Part shown: positions 23,055 to 24,000 of the stretch, one piece after another
How the letters are laid out: the number at the start of each line of letters is the position of its first letter
How positions within the stretch are numbered: the stretch's first letter is position 1
Assembly (NCBI GenBank): GCA_963720325.1
Contig: CAVRFE010000002.1
Span: 38,612-62,611 of the forward strand
DNA from: an uncultured Actinomycetota bacterium
GTDB taxonomy: Bacteria; Actinomycetota; Actinomycetes; Propionibacteriales; Actinopolymorphaceae
Direction of reading: 5' to 3'
Length of the DNA stretch: 24,000 nt
Notes under the pieces: generated by a model
Seen by the model: the letters and a program-made list of their open reading frames with translations, nothing else
Databases searched by the model: none
Told to the model about the DNA's origin: nothing
Made by a program: the position numbers and the translations under genes

Positions 23055-23873
23055 ATGGGTCCAGATCATGGTGACCCTCGCCAACGTGTCGTCGTACGCC
23101 TCGACACCCCGCCGGAGGTCGTCAGTCTCGGTGTCGGCGTACACGGGGTGACCCGTCGGCGGGACGTCTTCCGGCTGCCCGACATGTGGCAGCTCCACCT
23201 CTACAGCTACCGCGCCGACCTCACGATCGACGGAGTCCGGCACGCCATCGGGCCGGGATACGTGAGCCTGGTGCCTCCGGGCGTGGTGGTCGAGTACCAC
23301 TACCGCGGCCGCTCGGAGCACCTGTACGCCCACGTCCGACTGCCGCGGGTCGGCGAAGCGCGGCGGGGGCGGCCATCCACCGGCATCCGCGTACCGACCG
23401 TGCAGGACGGTGGTGCGGAGACGCCGCAGCTGACCGACCTCCTGCAGCAGGCGATCGCGGCCTGGCCGCGTACACCCGCCCGGGCGGTCGCGGAGGTGTG
23501 GTCGACGCTGTGGCGGGTGGTTCAGCTGGGGGCCCGGGACGAGGCCGGTCGCCCGCACGCGGCCGTGGCGACGGCGATCGCGTACGTCGAGTCGAACCTC
23601 GCCGGACCGCTCGCCGTACCCGACATCGCACGGATCGCGGGCGTCTCGCACAACCACCTGACCCGGCTGTTCCGGGCCGAGACCGGCGGCACGGTGGTGG
23701 CACACATCCGGCGCCGCCGGCTGGAACGGGCGCGGCACCTGTTGCGGGAGTCAACCCTGTCGATCCCCACGGTGGCGGCCTCGGTGGGGATCGGAGACCT
23801 GCAGGCGTTCAACAAGGCGTGCCGGCGAGAGCTCGGCGCCTCCCCGCGAGCTGTGCGTGCCGGCGACCGTTGA
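23055..23873 (+). CDS. AraC-family transcriptional regulator (cupin-like N-terminal domain + AraC HTH)
   Basis: The C-terminal double HTH reads AIAYVESNLAGPLAVPDIARIAGVSHNHLTRLFRAETGGTVVAHIRRRRLERARHLLRESTLSIPTVAASVGIGDLQAFNKACRRELGASPRAVR. Confidence 0.85.
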   Translation: MGPDHGDPRQRVVVRLDTPPEVVSLGVGVHGVTRRRDVFRLPDMWQLHLYSYRADLTIDGVRHAIGPGYVSLVPPGVVVEYHYRGRSEHLYAHVRLPRVGEARRGRPSTGIRVPTVQDGGAETPQLTDLLQQAIAAWPRTPARAVAEVWSTLWRVVQLGARDEAGRPHAAVATAIAYVESNLAGPLAVPDIARIAGVSHNHLTRLFRAETGGTVVAHIRRRRLERARHLLRESTLSIPTVAASVGIGDLQAFNKACRRELGASPRAVRAGDR

Positions 23874-24000
23874 TCAACGTCTGGGGATGTCCACCGGAAT
23901 CTCGACCGCGATCTCGCCGCCGAGGTGCGCGCCGGACAGGCGAAGCTCGTCGCCGCTCCAGAACCGACCCGCGTCGTACCAGCTCGGCCGCCGACCCGCC
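23874..24000 (-). CDS. 3' end of an unidentified gene running in from beyond the window
   Basis: The minus-strand frame is open to the window edge with high GC3. It reads ...AGRRPSWYDAGRFWSGDELRLSGAHLGGEIAVEIPVDIPRR and stops at TGA (complement of 23874-23876). It is too short to assign a function. Confidence 0.4.
   Translation of the reverse strand, partial: AGRRPSWYDAGRFWSGDELRLSGAHLGGEIAVEIPVDIPRR

Noticed and set aside
1-24000. tRNA, rRNA, integrase, transposase or prophage signatures
   Set aside because: I recognised none on either strand. All intergenic regions are short (290 nt or less) and are accounted for by promoters, terminators or palindromes. A tRNAscan/Infernal run would be the definitive check.

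Overview
High-GC, actinobacterial-type chromosomal window with about 21 protein-coding genes. I recognised no rRNA, tRNA, CRISPR array, transposase or integrase by eye.

Gene order:
- Partial APH-like phosphotransferase (+).
- A fused double PF04672-like SAM methyltransferase (+).
- TIGR03086/DinB-like protein (+).
- A large AfsR/SARP-NB-ARC-TPR regulator (-), broken by one extra base.
- Divergent secreted, membrane-anchored VWA protein (+).
- Pentapeptide-repeat lipoprotein (-).
- DrrAB-like ABC-2 exporter (-). The ATPase gene carries a 1-nt deletion inside a 15-nt x3 repeat.
- Divergent HTH-WYL regulator (+).
- Secreted five-repeat protein (-).
- A five-gene, translationally coupled stressosome-type operon (+): PAS-STAS RsbR-like, RsbS-like, RsbT-like, fused HATPase-PP2C, and a PAS-HisKA_3-like protein.
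- Convergent minus-strand block: FAD monooxygenase and alpha/beta-fold protein, LuxR-TPR regulator, small unknown protein and PhyH dioxygenase.
- Divergent AraC regulator (+).
- A 3' gene fragment at the window edge (-).

Best candidates for something new:
1. The stressosome module. Its terminal output protein has Gln in place of the phospho-acceptor His and a degenerate ATP-lid G1 box. No sigma, anti-sigma or response-regulator partner is in the window.
2. An alpha/beta-fold protein with both the nucleophile Ser (to Ala) and the catalytic His (to Asp) replaced. It is translationally coupled to a flavin monooxygenase and sits in a block with LuxR, PhyH and AraC genes.
3. A nested palindrome cluster, with a related palindrome at a second operon end.

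All calls come from manual reading of the sequence and the ORF track. No searches or computations were run.
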